Virus record (IMG/VR): IMGVR_UViG_3300000956_000002
Location: 1-64,000 of that record
Direction: 5' to 3' (one strand)
Source: a virus
Length of the DNA: 64,000 nucleotides
Part shown: piece after piece, positions 1 to 8,850 of the stretch
How positions within the stretch are numbered: the stretch's first letter is position 1
How the letters are laid out: the number at the start of each line of letters is the position of its first letter
Made by a program: the position numbers and the translations under genes
Notes under the pieces: generated by a model
Seen by the model: the letters and a program-made list of their open reading frames with translations, nothing else
Databases searched by the model: none
What the model was told of the DNA's origin: nothing

Positions 1-50
1 TGGTGGAGCCGAGGGGATTCGAACCCCTGACCCCCACAATGCCATTGTGG
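1..50 (-). repeat. att core: 3' half of tRNA-Ala(GGC), from anticodon stem to CCA
   Basis: Reverse complement reads CCACA-ATGGCAT-TGTGG GGGTC AGGGG-TTCGAAT-CCCCT CGGCTCC ACCA; the upstream sequence is not a tRNA 5' half. Confidence 0.88.
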
Positions 51-116
51 ACAAAAGTATCAACTGGCGTGGAGTTGAGAGGCATGTCCGTAAATGTTAC
101 CAGTTCGGCATCCATT

Positions 117-449
117 TTACTCCTGATCCGCCGCCGCATTAAAACGCTTTGCTGCTTCGGAGTTCGACATGGCCACAGCTTCGATGCGCGCCAGTTCTTT
201 ATCCGGATCTGCCGGCACGTCCGTACCGGCTTCGAGTGATGGGTCGATGGGTTGAGATGAATTCAGAACTTCGAGAATCCTCCGCGCCTCCTTCAAGGTT
301 GCGTCGTGGTCAACGTCGTCGTAATCAACTTCGAGGCTGATAACTGGACCGTGCAAAAAGAAGCTTTTATCGCCACGGCCTGGGCCAATCATTTTCCATG
401 TTTTCATAAATCTCTTTCCGCCGCCCGATTGAGCGATCGACAAACCCAT
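117..449 (-). CDS. hypothetical phage protein (likely start MKTW at ~407)
   Basis: ORF in leftward early gene string. Confidence 0.5.
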   Translation of the reverse strand: MGLSIAQSGGGKRFMKTWKMIGPGRGDKSFFLHGPVISLEVDYDDVDHDATLKEARRILEVLNSSQPIDPSLEAGTDVPADPDKELARIEAVAMSNSEAAKRFNAAADQE

Positions 450-697
450 TCTTCGAGGTTCAGGCCGGATGCGCGTGCGGCTTTGTTCCAGCGCTCTTTC
501 TCGGCCGGCAACGGCTCGACGTGCAGGTCAGTCAGTTTTTGCCAGCCGGAGCGTGTCATGATCCAGGCTTGGCGGCCGCAGCGATCGCGATACTTCTGGC
601 CGATGTCGCCAGCGATGCGAGGCGGACCGTCGCCGATGATCTGTTTCATCACACGACGAAAGCCGATGGCGGCGCCGTTGTCAAAGAAGCGTTTCAT
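404..697 (-). CDS. hypothetical protein with C-terminal RHH-like segment
   Basis: EKERWNKAARASGLNLEEWVCRSLNRAA resembles ribbon-helix-helix helices; ATGA-coupled to neighbours. Confidence 0.5.
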   Translation of the reverse strand: MKRFFDNGAAIGFRRVMKQIIGDGPPRIAGDIGQKYRDRCGRQAWIMTRSGWQKLTDLHVEPLPAEKERWNKAARASGLNLEEWVCRSLNRAAERDL

Positions 698-870
698 TTG
701 GCACCTGCGTCCTTTGATGTGATCTCCAAAATGTCCTCGTCGAAAGTGATCGTCACAGCATCCGCGTTCACGGTTCGACTGTCGAGTTGCTGCAACTCAT
801 GCGCCGTGACGACAATGTAGCCGGTGTATTCCCCGGCGTTCTGCTCGTATTTAATCGTCCAATTTTTCAT
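694..870 (-). CDS. small hypothetical protein (58 aa, MKNWTIKYEQ...)
   Basis: Read manually; its stop overlaps the next start (ATGA). Confidence 0.5.
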   Translation of the reverse strand: MKNWTIKYEQNAGEYTGYIVVTAHELQQLDSRTVNADAVTITFDEDILEITSKDAGAK

Positions 871-919
871 GATCTCTCAATGCGCCCGCCGCTGCGACGG
901 AAGGCGGATGAAAGGTCAG

Positions 920-1141
920 TTACTCAGCGTGTCCGATTTCCTTCGCCCACGATTCCCAAAAGTGGGCCGGATGCGCCGTCGCTTCCCGTTGGATATGGTG
1001 AAGCTGCGGTTTGTTTTCCTGCATGACTTCAGCCAATTCGAAGAGGCGTCCGTCGTCGGTTTTGAACGTGACGCGCCACGCTGAGGATTCGCGGAAGCGC
1101 GACGGCATAGGTTTTGCGGAGACAATTTCGGTGATATTCAT
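920..1141 (-). CDS. hypothetical protein
   Basis: ATG at 1141 (MNITEIV) after an A/C-rich leader. Confidence 0.5.
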   Translation of the reverse strand: MNITEIVSAKPMPSRFRESSAWRVTFKTDDGRLFELAEVMQENKPQLHHIQREATAHPAHFWESWAKEIGHAE

Positions 1142-1378
1142 TTTGTGAAAGGTTGAGGTTAAAAATAAATCATGAATGCGAGCAAGCTGACAAATCCCGC
1201 CGCGGCCAGCACAACAGCCAGGCCAGCGAATTTCAGGAACTCGCGCAGGGTTAAGGGTTCGTTGTTGTGAAGGCTCACGATTGCCTCGCAATCTCCAGCG
1301 CCTTGCGTAGCTCGCTGATTTCAAACTCCAGCCGTTCAGTAAAATCCTCTCGGCTCTCGGCGCTGTAAATGTGATGGA

Positions 1379-1927
1379 TCAACAATCGCGACAACGGATC
1401 ACTCGATCGTGCGCCATGCGTTCCCAATCGACGTAATTAATCGGACTCCACCAGTTTTTTTCATCCCGCTTGTATTCGCCGGTTTCCTCCCAAAAGTTTT
1501 CTACGTAATCGGCCAGTGAATCCCACTCGCCGCGGTTCTTTTCTTCGAAGGCGCTCACCGCGCTTTCAACGTCGTCCTTGTAGTCGCTGTCGCCGTGGTC
1601 GTAGAAGTGGGCAAAGATTTGCCCGTGTTCTTCAATTGCCTTTGCTAACGCCGCAACAGTGTCGAACGATTCGGACTCGCTCAATTTAATCGGCCCAAAT
1701 CCTTCGTAATCGTGAATCGCCCATTCTTCGGCTCCAGGTTCCGGCGACCGCTTCAACATCGCATCGACCGCCGCGCGGATGTCGTCCGCGTCTTGGTCCG
1801 CGTCGATCCATTCGCCATGCAACGTGCCGGCGTTGTAAGCTGCCAGGCACGCAACATAGATTCGGATCGTGCTGCCCGTTGAATTTTGGCCCTGCTTCTC
1901 TTCGTTATCGGTGCTCATCGTGTTCAT
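1379..1927 (-). CDS. ardA: antirestriction protein ArdA (DNA mimic), C-terminus possibly truncated
   Basis: RIYVACLAAYNAGTLHGEWID, EEWAIHDYEGFG, highly acidic. Confidence 0.88.
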   Translation of the reverse strand: MNTMSTDNEEKQGQNSTGSTIRIYVACLAAYNAGTLHGEWIDADQDADDIRAAVDAMLKRSPEPGAEEWAIHDYEGFGPIKLSESESFDTVAALAKAIEEHGQIFAHFYDHGDSDYKDDVESAVSAFEEKNRGEWDSLADYVENFWEETGEYKRDEKNWWSPINYVDWERMAHDRVIRCRDC

Positions 1928-2118
1928 ACTTTCTCTCTTTTCCAGGCATGCCCCCGGCGGCTCCGCATTCGTGCGGCTCGTTTGGCGTTTCGCCATTGCG
2001 CGGATTGTCAAATCCGCGACATGGAGGAACTACCGCTTGCCTCGCGTCCAATGCGTCCAGTGATTCGGATTGCGCTTTCTGGCCATGCGACGGCGTTTTG
2101 AGAGGTTCGCTTTTTTCT

Positions 2119-2463
2119 TCATACCTTTTGCATCGTTGCGAGCGCCTTCGTCATTCCCCTGTCAACCGTCCAGCTTGAGCCGGGCGCAAGGCCGGGAATA
2201 CGTTTAGGTTCGTTCGTTTCGCGTGGGTCGTTCTCGTAATCCCAACTCGCGCAGCCGCACGTGTAGCCATTGGCCGCGCCGCATTCCTCGCAGCCGATAC
2301 CAGCAATTGAAGTCTGCCGCGCCTCCGACTCAGCCCGATCCCGCGCCGATTGCTCGCGCTCCGCTTGTATCCGCGCCCCGTCCGCCGTCACTTCGCCAGC
2401 CAAGTTGAAGTTATCGGCCGCGAACGACATTTCGAACTGTTGGATTGCTGGGCGTCGTTTCAT
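2119..2463 (-). CDS. hypothetical protein with CxxC...CxC motif
   Basis: Coupled ORF in early string. Confidence 0.5.
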   Translation of the reverse strand: MKRRPAIQQFEMSFAADNFNLAGEVTADGARIQAEREQSARDRAESEARQTSIAGIGCEECGAANGYTCGCASWDYENDPRETNEPKRIPGLAPGSSWTVDRGMTKALATMQKV

Positions 2464-2741
2464 CGTGCGCCCCCAGCCGGTTGAATGTTCACGTCCGCCA
2501 ACGTTTCAATTTTGAGCGTCTTTTCAGCGTAGGCTTGCGCGTCCTGACTCAACGCAAGCAAGTCTGGCCCGTCATAATCTCCAACCCCGCGCATATCCAC
2601 CAAATCCCCGTTGCGCTTGTCGAATTGAAACCAGATGGAACGCTCAGGCAGTCCAGAGCATGGCCAAGTGTCCTTGAATGCTTCCACCTCAGCCCGCGAG
2701 ACGGTGACAGAGTGAAAACAGCCGTTGTCGTGGTATTTCAC
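2460..2741 (-). CDS. hypothetical phage protein
   Basis: Start/stop overlaps on both sides. Confidence 0.6.
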   Translation of the reverse strand: MKYHDNGCFHSVTVSRAEVEAFKDTWPCSGLPERSIWFQFDKRNGDLVDMRGVGDYDGPDLLALSQDAQAYAEKTLKIETLADVNIQPAGGAR

Positions 2742-3004
2742 AGTTGCCCCCTTTCCGCCGCCGCCTGAGCGCGAAGGATGCGCCCGGCTTCCGCGTAATC
2801 TGACGACATAGACGCCTCAGCCCATGGATTGCGCGCCACCGATGCCGCAACCCGCTCGCAATAGAGCGCGCCGCTGTTCAATTCGTCCTGCGACGTTCCA
2901 ACATCACGGCGAATGCAACGAACGATCATTGCAACCTTGGGCGAACTAGGCGCCGGGATTAAAGGCACCTCGAACGCTTCCGGCGCGTGAAAGTGAGCGT
3001 TCAT
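2738..3004 (-). CDS. hypothetical phage protein
   Basis: Start/stop overlaps on both sides. Confidence 0.55.
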   Translation of the reverse strand: MNAHFHAPEAFEVPLIPAPSSPKVAMIVRCIRRDVGTSQDELNSGALYCERVAASVARNPWAEASMSSDYAEAGRILRAQAAAERGQL

Positions 3005-3639
3005 ACAATCGCCCTTTCCGCTTCAGTGCGCTTATATCCCAACGGAGCCAGGAGGAGATGCTCTGCCCAACCCTTCGCATACCGGAGCCTAACAACACCA
3101 TGAGGCAAGTTGACCGCTTTTTCCCAATCACTGGCAGTCTTCGTCTCCCCCTTTATCGTGATGAACCGCGGCGGATTCTTGCGGGTGTGTGCCAGTGGCT
3201 CTAATAGCCTTTCCTCAGGCCACCCCATTCTAAGCCGATTCCACAGAGTCCATTCTGGAAGACTGGCGATGCGGCACCATTCGCTTGCTGTTTTGGTTTG
3301 CCCACTAATTGTAATTCGGCGCGAGCGCCTTTGGTTATTCCGCTGTTCTTGCTCGGTCGCCCATTTGCAGTTGCCCGGCTCGTAGTTCCCATTTACGTCT
3401 TTACGCTCAATGGAGTGTTCCACGCTTGGTTTAAGCCCCATATCTGCCACGAAATTCTCGAACGAATTATCCCAACGTTCGCAGACTGTGATCCCGCGCC
3501 CGCCATAGTTTTTAAAACCAGGATTCTTTGGATTCTTGCACCGCTGGCGCATCCCTTCCCACGTCTTATACGTTAAGAATTCGAGAGATTTTTTATCCCC
3601 CTTACTACTGAAGCCGTGCCTCAGGTTTCGTTTGTTCAT
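3001..3639 (-). CDS. HNH-like homing endonuclease (YGGRGI family), copy 1
   Basis: NYGGRGITVCERW-SFENFVADMG, SIERKDVNGNYEPGNCKWAT; two C-terminal ITIxGxTKTASxW repeats. Confidence 0.82.
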   Translation of the reverse strand: MNKRNLRHGFSSKGDKKSLEFLTYKTWEGMRQRCKNPKNPGFKNYGGRGITVCERWDNSFENFVADMGLKPSVEHSIERKDVNGNYEPGNCKWATEQEQRNNQRRSRRITISGQTKTASEWCRIASLPEWTLWNRLRMGWPEERLLEPLAHTRKNPPRFITIKGETKTASDWEKAVNLPHGVVRLRYAKGWAEHLLLAPLGYKRTEAERAIV

Positions 3640-3641
3640 AT

Positions 3642-3757
3642 CTCACAACATTTGAAAATCTCCCCAGCTTTGTTGTGAGCCGCGCAAGAACGCGGATTGA
3701 CCGGATAACCGGCAGCCAGGGAGATTAAATCATTTTGAAGGTCCGCACTCACAACAA
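3642..3757 (-). ncRNA. C4-antisense-like structured leader/RNA
   Basis: Outer stem 3657-3668/3715-3726 with two inner hairpins; internal CTCACAACAA is complementary to copies upstream (3748-3757) and just before the ATG (3642-3650). Confidence 0.6.
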
Positions 3758-4554
3758 TACGGAATCTATCAAACTATTTCCCGTAATCAATATCTATTTT
3801 ACGGAATACGGATAACGCGCTGGAAATGAACGAAATAAAAATGTTTGCGCTAACCTCCGATTTTTCACGCTATCAAACAGTAAATCACGACGACACCCAC
3901 CAAACACGCATGGATAAAGGGCCAAATGCACTTCAGCCACTCCGAAAATCGACTTCCAGGCCCTCAAAATCGCATTTCACCCTTTGTTTATCGGCCCAGA
4001 AGCGTTGTCGTCCGATTTAAATGCTCAACAATCAAACATCCATTCATCCAAATTAATTGCAGGGATTGGGGAACGAGGAAAGACGGGCTTCTTTGTCAGT
4101 CCTAAAAATGTTAGTCACGTCTAACATTGGCCTGGTCGCCAAAATCTGCATTCCGATTCAACTCTCGAACGATCCCCGCTCCACTCGATACGCTCGCTTT
4201 TTGGATGACATTCGGACACCACCGGAGCTAAGTAGCATGATTGCAGGCTGTCACATCACAGTGTGGATGTGGTAGTCGTGGGTTTAATTGCGTGTTTTGA
4301 AGTGGAGCCGAATTGAGGCCGACGACCTGGCCCACATACGCGCGCGTGAGCAGAAAGCGATCGGGGGTATGCCGACGGGTCGCGGTTTTTCTCAGTTATG
4401 TGGTCAGCACACACATGCTTGGATTTTCAGGCTCGAATTTTGGCAGGTGGATTTTCGGGTTGATCGAGCGAATGGAATTTACGGAAAGCGGGAGTGAGAT
4501 TTTTGGTCGAATTTTGAGACAGTTATCCCCACGTCAATAACTGCGACGGAACGA

Positions 4555-5040
4555 ACGTTCTCACGATCCCCTGGAATGAGGAACCCTTCCGGTCAGCGGT
4601 AAAGGGTGGAGCGTGGCGTGAGACGGGTTTCCCCTCTTTCGAGGGAACTGACTGTCGAGCCTGTGGCATCCTCTGGGAATGGTGGTTTAAACCGGTCCAA
4701 ACTTGCAGCACTTGGGCTCTCTTCGGTGTGTTGTTGGTGACGCTGGGGGCCGGTTAAGGCTTCTAACAGCGCCGCGGATGCTATGGGGTTTTGGAGATGG
4801 GTATCCAGGCCGCGGGGTGCGAATGCAAAGGAGCCGCCTTTTTGGCGAGTCGGTTGGCATTGCAACTTAAGCATGGCGGCAATGAACTCGAAGTTACGGA
4901 TTTGGTCAAGGGAGAAAAATGGGTATTGCGTAATTTCCGGAATGATGTATTTCTAACCGTATAGGGACCGCTCCACGCGGAACTTTCGAGCCCCGCTGCC
5001 TGCGACTTAAGCAATCTCGGCACGGGGCTCTTTCTTTTCT
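4555..5040 (+). ncRNA. candidate large structured RNA/leader (~480 nt), unassigned
   Basis: Many stems (TCTCACG/CGTGAGA, ACCCTT/AAGGGT, CCCTC-TTTC-GAGGG, AACCGGTCC/GGGCCGGTT); long-range GTGGAGCG 4606/CGCTCCAC 4969; no convincing ORF. Confidence 0.4.
4988..5040 (+). terminator. intrinsic terminator-like hairpin
   Basis: GAGCCCCG...CGGGGCTC followed by TTTCTTTTCT. Confidence 0.6.
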
Positions 5041-5042
5041 GT

Positions 5043-5069
5043 TTGACATCCGTGATCCGTAGATTACGG
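5043..5069 (+). promoter_or_regulatory. -35 box TTGACA overlapped by operator TCCGTAGATTACGG
   Basis: Consensus -35 plus the recurrent palindrome, upstream of the rightward operon. Confidence 0.55.
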
Positions 5070-5076
5070 TTTGGCC

Positions 5077-5358
5077 ATGCTTAAGTCGGAAAATACCACT
5101 TCACCTGCCTCCATCACGCTTCGGACCCGGAAGGGTTTGGAGAGATCACTTTTAGCCGCGATTTGGAAATACGCAGATAAGTGCGCCAGCGCGTGTGGTC
5201 ACGAAAAGAACATCGAGGAGCACGAAGAGTTTTTGGTTTTCAAAGTTTTCCCATTGATCGAAGAGGCGATGAGGACGGCGCACGCGGCGGGGGTAAATGG
5301 CGTCTCATGGGAGGAGTGGGCCAAGGCGAAGAAAAATCTGGTTCTGCCGTGCATATGA
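5077..5358 (+). CDS. hypothetical protein
   Basis: First ORF after the promoter; ATGA-coupled to the next gene. Confidence 0.6.
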   Translation: MLKSENTTSPASITLRTRKGLERSLLAAIWKYADKCASACGHEKNIEEHEEFLVFKVFPLIEEAMRTAHAAGVNGVSWEEWAKAKKNLVLPCI

Positions 5359-6347
5359 CCCCGACCAAGACAGTCCTTCAACTTCTGCTGACGACGCTCG
5401 TTCTGCGGATCCGGAACAACGGGCGGCGCCTGAATTTGATTGGGCTGTCGGGCGGGAAGGATTCGACGCGATTGGTCGCCTGGGCGATTCACGAGAGTGG
5501 GTATCCCATCGAGAGTTTGATCTTCACGTTTTGTGACACCGAAAATGAATACGACGAAGTTTACCAGCAGATCGCCGCTTTGGATGCCTATGTTCAGTCG
5601 TTTGGATGCAAGCCGATTGTACGCCTCCGCGCTAAAGGAAAGTGGGTGGAAACGTTCCGAATGTTCCCTCTTTTTCTTGCCCTATGCCTTTGGAAAGGGC
5701 GTTTTCCGTCGGCAAAAACTCGGTTCTGCACGCAATTCCTGAAGATCAAACCGACGGAAGAATTCATCTCGACGCTGGTTTGGCAGGGCTACGAGATCGT
5801 CAGCCATTCAGGCGTGCGCGCCGCGGAATCGATCGAGCGTTCGACGATGCAGGAATGGGCACTGGATATGTTCGGTTGCCGGACCCGTCGGCCGATCCTC
5901 AAAGAGACGTTGGAAGATGTGTGGCGTGCGCATCACAAATATGGGTTGCCGATCAACCCGCTCTACAAGGCCGGGTGGAAGCGCGTGGGCTGCCGACTGT
6001 GCATCATGTCCAATAAGGCGGACGTGCGGCGGACGGTCAAAAAGCGGTCGTGGGTGATCGATCTGTATCGCGAGTGGGAAATTGCGGTTGGAAATTATCG
6101 GAAAAAGAAAAAGCGCATCACGGATTTCTCGTCGTGGTTCCACCGTCGCACAGTGCCGCTGGTTCAACGCTCCAGGTTGGTCGATACCAAGCAGGGGCCG
6201 ATGATGGTGGCGACGATCGATGACGTGGCGCGCTGGAGTTTGACCGAGCGCGGCGGGAAACAGGCGCTCGCAGACTTCATGTTCGAAGAGGAGAACTTCG
6301 ATTGGGATGACGCCCATGCTCCGTGCCAGTCGGGATTTTGCGAATGA
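5355..6347 (+). CDS. PAPS reductase family (CysH/DndC-like) protein
   Basis: PP-loop SGGKDS, RFCTxFLKIKP, GVRAAES, NPLYKAGWKRVGCRLC, C-terminal CQSGFCE. Confidence 0.88.
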   Translation: MTPTKTVLQLLLTTLVLRIRNNGRRLNLIGLSGGKDSTRLVAWAIHESGYPIESLIFTFCDTENEYDEVYQQIAALDAYVQSFGCKPIVRLRAKGKWVETFRMFPLFLALCLWKGRFPSAKTRFCTQFLKIKPTEEFISTLVWQGYEIVSHSGVRAAESIERSTMQEWALDMFGCRTRRPILKETLEDVWRAHHKYGLPINPLYKAGWKRVGCRLCIMSNKADVRRTVKKRSWVIDLYREWEIAVGNYRKKKKRITDFSSWFHRRTVPLVQRSRLVDTKQGPMMVATIDDVARWSLTERGGKQALADFMFEEENFDWDDAHAPCQSGFCE

Positions 6348-6471
6348 AAAATAAAACGATAGAACCGTGGGCGATTTGGGGATGGAAGATTCATCGTCCG
6401 GTCGAGAAAACAGTGAAGCGCAAGAAGGCTTCAAAGAAACGGCGCTCCCAGCCCGAACTTTTCCAGGCAGC

Positions 6472-6783
6472 ATGAAACCAATCCCATTTATTCAATTCCT
6501 GCGACCGCACGGTGAGCAACGCCATACCGAGATTGATCTCGAAGATGATTGCTATGCGAAATACGAACAGATCAAAGCGGCGGGCGCGCGGCTGACGGCT
6601 GAGATTTTTGATGGCGGCGAATGTTCCTTCTGTATCGAGGAGCCGGAGCTTGGTGATTACGAGATTTTGATTGTCCAGAACGGACCGAAGGTGCCGGTCG
6701 AGATCACGAAGATGTTGCGCCGATTTGATCCGGCTAATTTCGAGGCGTGGAAAAAGGCATCTATGGCAGAGGAGGAAGTTTGA
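6472..6783 (+). CDS. hypothetical phage protein
   Basis: MKPIPFIQFLRPHG start; co-oriented string. Confidence 0.55.
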   Translation: MKPIPFIQFLRPHGEQRHTEIDLEDDCYAKYEQIKAAGARLTAEIFDGGECSFCIEEPELGDYEILIVQNGPKVPVEITKMLRRFDPANFEAWKKASMAEEEV

Positions 6784-6956
6784 CCCCCGAAGAACAATCC
6801 GCAGAGATCGCGCGCCTGAAAACGATCATCGATCACCTGCACGGGCATCTGCATTTGACGCAGGGGAAGTTGGATGCCGCGCGTCGGGAGATTGATCGGC
6901 TGAAGGGGAAACCCGTGGAGGAGACGACGGAATGAATCGCTGCGACTTTTAATTTT

Positions 6957-7439
6957 ATGAACACAAACACAGTTAGTTCCACAAATCAGCCGGTCGATAA
7001 TTTGCAGGGCGTCCTGGCTGAAACATTGAGATCGTTTCAGCAAGTCTCGGGTGAGGCGTTGGAGGCGGGAAGGAAGGGCGTTAAATCCGCCGTCGAATTC
7101 GCGCAGGAACAGATTCCAGATGTCATCGCGCAGTTGATGGCTTGGGAGTTCATGTATCACCTCTGTTGGGCGCTGGCCGGCGTTGGGTTTATGGCGATCG
7201 TGTTCGTCATCTTTGCGGCGATTTTAAAGAGGGTGAAAATCGTTGGAGACTCTGACGATGTTTTCTTCACGTTCGTCATTGGTGTGGCGATTTCGCTCAT
7301 CGTTTGTGTATTTACGCTCGGCGGTAGTGTTATTCCGAACTCGCTGGTCTGCTTAAAAATCAAGACGGCGCCAAAGGTGTTCCTGATCGAATACTGCAAC
7401 GACATTTTGAAACCGTACAACCGGACGCACAGCCATTAA
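6957..7439 (+). CDS. membrane protein (2 TM)
   Basis: Two hydrophobic helices, C-terminal APKVFLIEY. Confidence 0.65.
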   Translation: MNTNTVSSTNQPVDNLQGVLAETLRSFQQVSGEALEAGRKGVKSAVEFAQEQIPDVIAQLMAWEFMYHLCWALAGVGFMAIVFVIFAAILKRVKIVGDSDDVFFTFVIGVAISLIVCVFTLGGSVIPNSLVCLKIKTAPKVFLIEYCNDILKPYNRTHSH

Positions 7440-7443
7440 TTTT

Positions 7444-7800
7444 ATGACCAAATTGACCAGGGCTCGGTTGGAGGAGATTAAACGAGTGGCGTCCAGAAAT
7501 CTGGACAAAGAAACGCTATTTGAATTTTGCGATGATTTGATCGCCCATGCCGAGGCGACGGTGGAGAGCCAGACGCCGATCACTGATTCGATCATGAAGG
7601 CCATCGAATCGGAAATGCGCATGCCATCGCGCGCCGAAATCGCCATGGCTGTTTTTCTAGAATGCACGAAGCGGACTCTCGAAAAGATTACGTCGAATAC
7701 CAACGAGGAGGATTTGAAGAAAGCCGTCGGAAGTACGGTTCGATTTAGTGTCTATTCTGCCAGCGAATTGCTGGCCGAGCTATCGAAAGGCCGTCAGTGA
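7444..7800 (+). CDS. hypothetical phage protein
   Basis: MTKLTRARLEEIK start typical of phage accessory genes. Confidence 0.6.
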   Translation: MTKLTRARLEEIKRVASRNLDKETLFEFCDDLIAHAEATVESQTPITDSIMKAIESEMRMPSRAEIAMAVFLECTKRTLEKITSNTNEEDLKKAVGSTVRFSVYSASELLAELSKGRQ

Positions 7801-8312
7801 CCCTCGTCACCAAACACGGCGGAGACATGCTGGAGAAGCGCACGGCGGTTTTCAGCGAGTGCGAGCGGTATCGGTATTTACTGAGGATCGTGTGGGACCC
7901 GTCGGCGCCGTTGATGGCGAATATCTCGTTGAATCCAAGTACGGCCGACGAAATGCACGACGATCCTACGCTTCGGAGGATTAAGGAGTTCGCGCGCAAA
8001 TTCGGCCACGGCGGACTGCTGATGACGAACCTGTTCGCGTTTCGCGCGACGGATCCGAAGGACATGAAGGCCGAGAAGAATCCGGTCGGCCAGGCGGATT
8101 GGAATGACGTGCATATTCGTGAGGCGGCGGTCGAGGCCAAGACGATTGTCTGCGCCTGGGGTATGCACGGTGAGTTCCTGGGCCGCGGCGCTGAAGTGAG
8201 ATCGATGCTGGCGCGCGCTGGGCATGCGCTGAAGTGTTTCAAACTGTGTTCCAACGGGCAGCCGTATCATCCGTTGTATTTGCCGGCGTCGAGTGATCTG
8301 ATCGATTTTTAA
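7797..8312 (+). CDS. DUF1643 family protein
   Basis: AVFSECERYRYLL, LNPSTADE..DDPTLRR, NLFAFRATDP, CAWG, PYHPLY. Confidence 0.88.
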   Translation: MTLVTKHGGDMLEKRTAVFSECERYRYLLRIVWDPSAPLMANISLNPSTADEMHDDPTLRRIKEFARKFGHGGLLMTNLFAFRATDPKDMKAEKNPVGQADWNDVHIREAAVEAKTIVCAWGMHGEFLGRGAEVRSMLARAGHALKCFKLCSNGQPYHPLYLPASSDLIDF

Positions 8313-8341
8313 TCCCCCACCCCAAACAAAAGGAAAAGCCG

Positions 8342-8620
8342 ATGAGCGATGAAGCAAAATACAAAAGCAGAGAATGGCGGAAGTTCAGTCTTTGTTGCCA
8401 TGCGGAATCACGTATTTCGTTTTGGGGATACCAGAGGCCAGGTGATTACGCTGGCACTTATGGGCGGCGCTTAAATGCCCACCAAACGAGACGGCTAAAG
8501 CATTGGGAGCGGAGATTCGTGTATTGGTATAATCGCCTCCGTAAAGACTTTCCCAAATCTCTCCCCAACAATGGCCTAAAATCCCAACGCCAGAAGATTC
8601 AAAAGGGAGGGGTGAAGTGA
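8342..8620 (+). CDS. hypothetical protein
   Basis: Coupled ORF in lower-GC accessory block. Confidence 0.5.
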   Translation: MSDEAKYKSREWRKFSLCCHAESRISFWGYQRPGDYAGTYGRRLNAHQTRRLKHWERRFVYWYNRLRKDFPKSLPNNGLKSQRQKIQKGGVK

Positions 8621-8850
8621 GCATTCAAGAACTGCTATCAAAATTCGAGCCAGCCAAACTGAAGGTGCAATTCCTTCACGAGTGCCTGTCTGACCTTCAG
8701 GCAAATAAGAAATGCGCCAAGGTGACTTTTGAGACTGATGCGATTACGCCGAACTCACTGGTCGGAGAGACTGAGCCAGTTGGAATAATTGTTTGGATAC
8801 CGCGCGATGACTGGAACGAAATGAAGAAAGGCCGACAAAATGAACGATGA
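8617..8850 (+). CDS. hypothetical protein
   Basis: GTGA overlap, GGAGG upstream. Confidence 0.6.
   Translation: MSIQELLSKFEPAKLKVQFLHECLSDLQANKKCAKVTFETDAITPNSLVGETEPVGIIVWIPRDDWNEMKKGRQNER

Noticed and set aside
1-50. Complete tRNA-Ala gene
   Set aside because: The 5' acceptor strand and D-arm are missing; treated as an att fragment
4555-5040. RNase P RNA or self-splicing intron
   Set aside because: No GAGGAAAGTCC or 3' RNase P consensus, no group II domain V, and no interrupted gene
5181-5354. Longer N-terminus for the PAPS-reductase ORF
   Set aside because: Overlaps the upstream gene; the ATGA-coupled start at 5355 fits better
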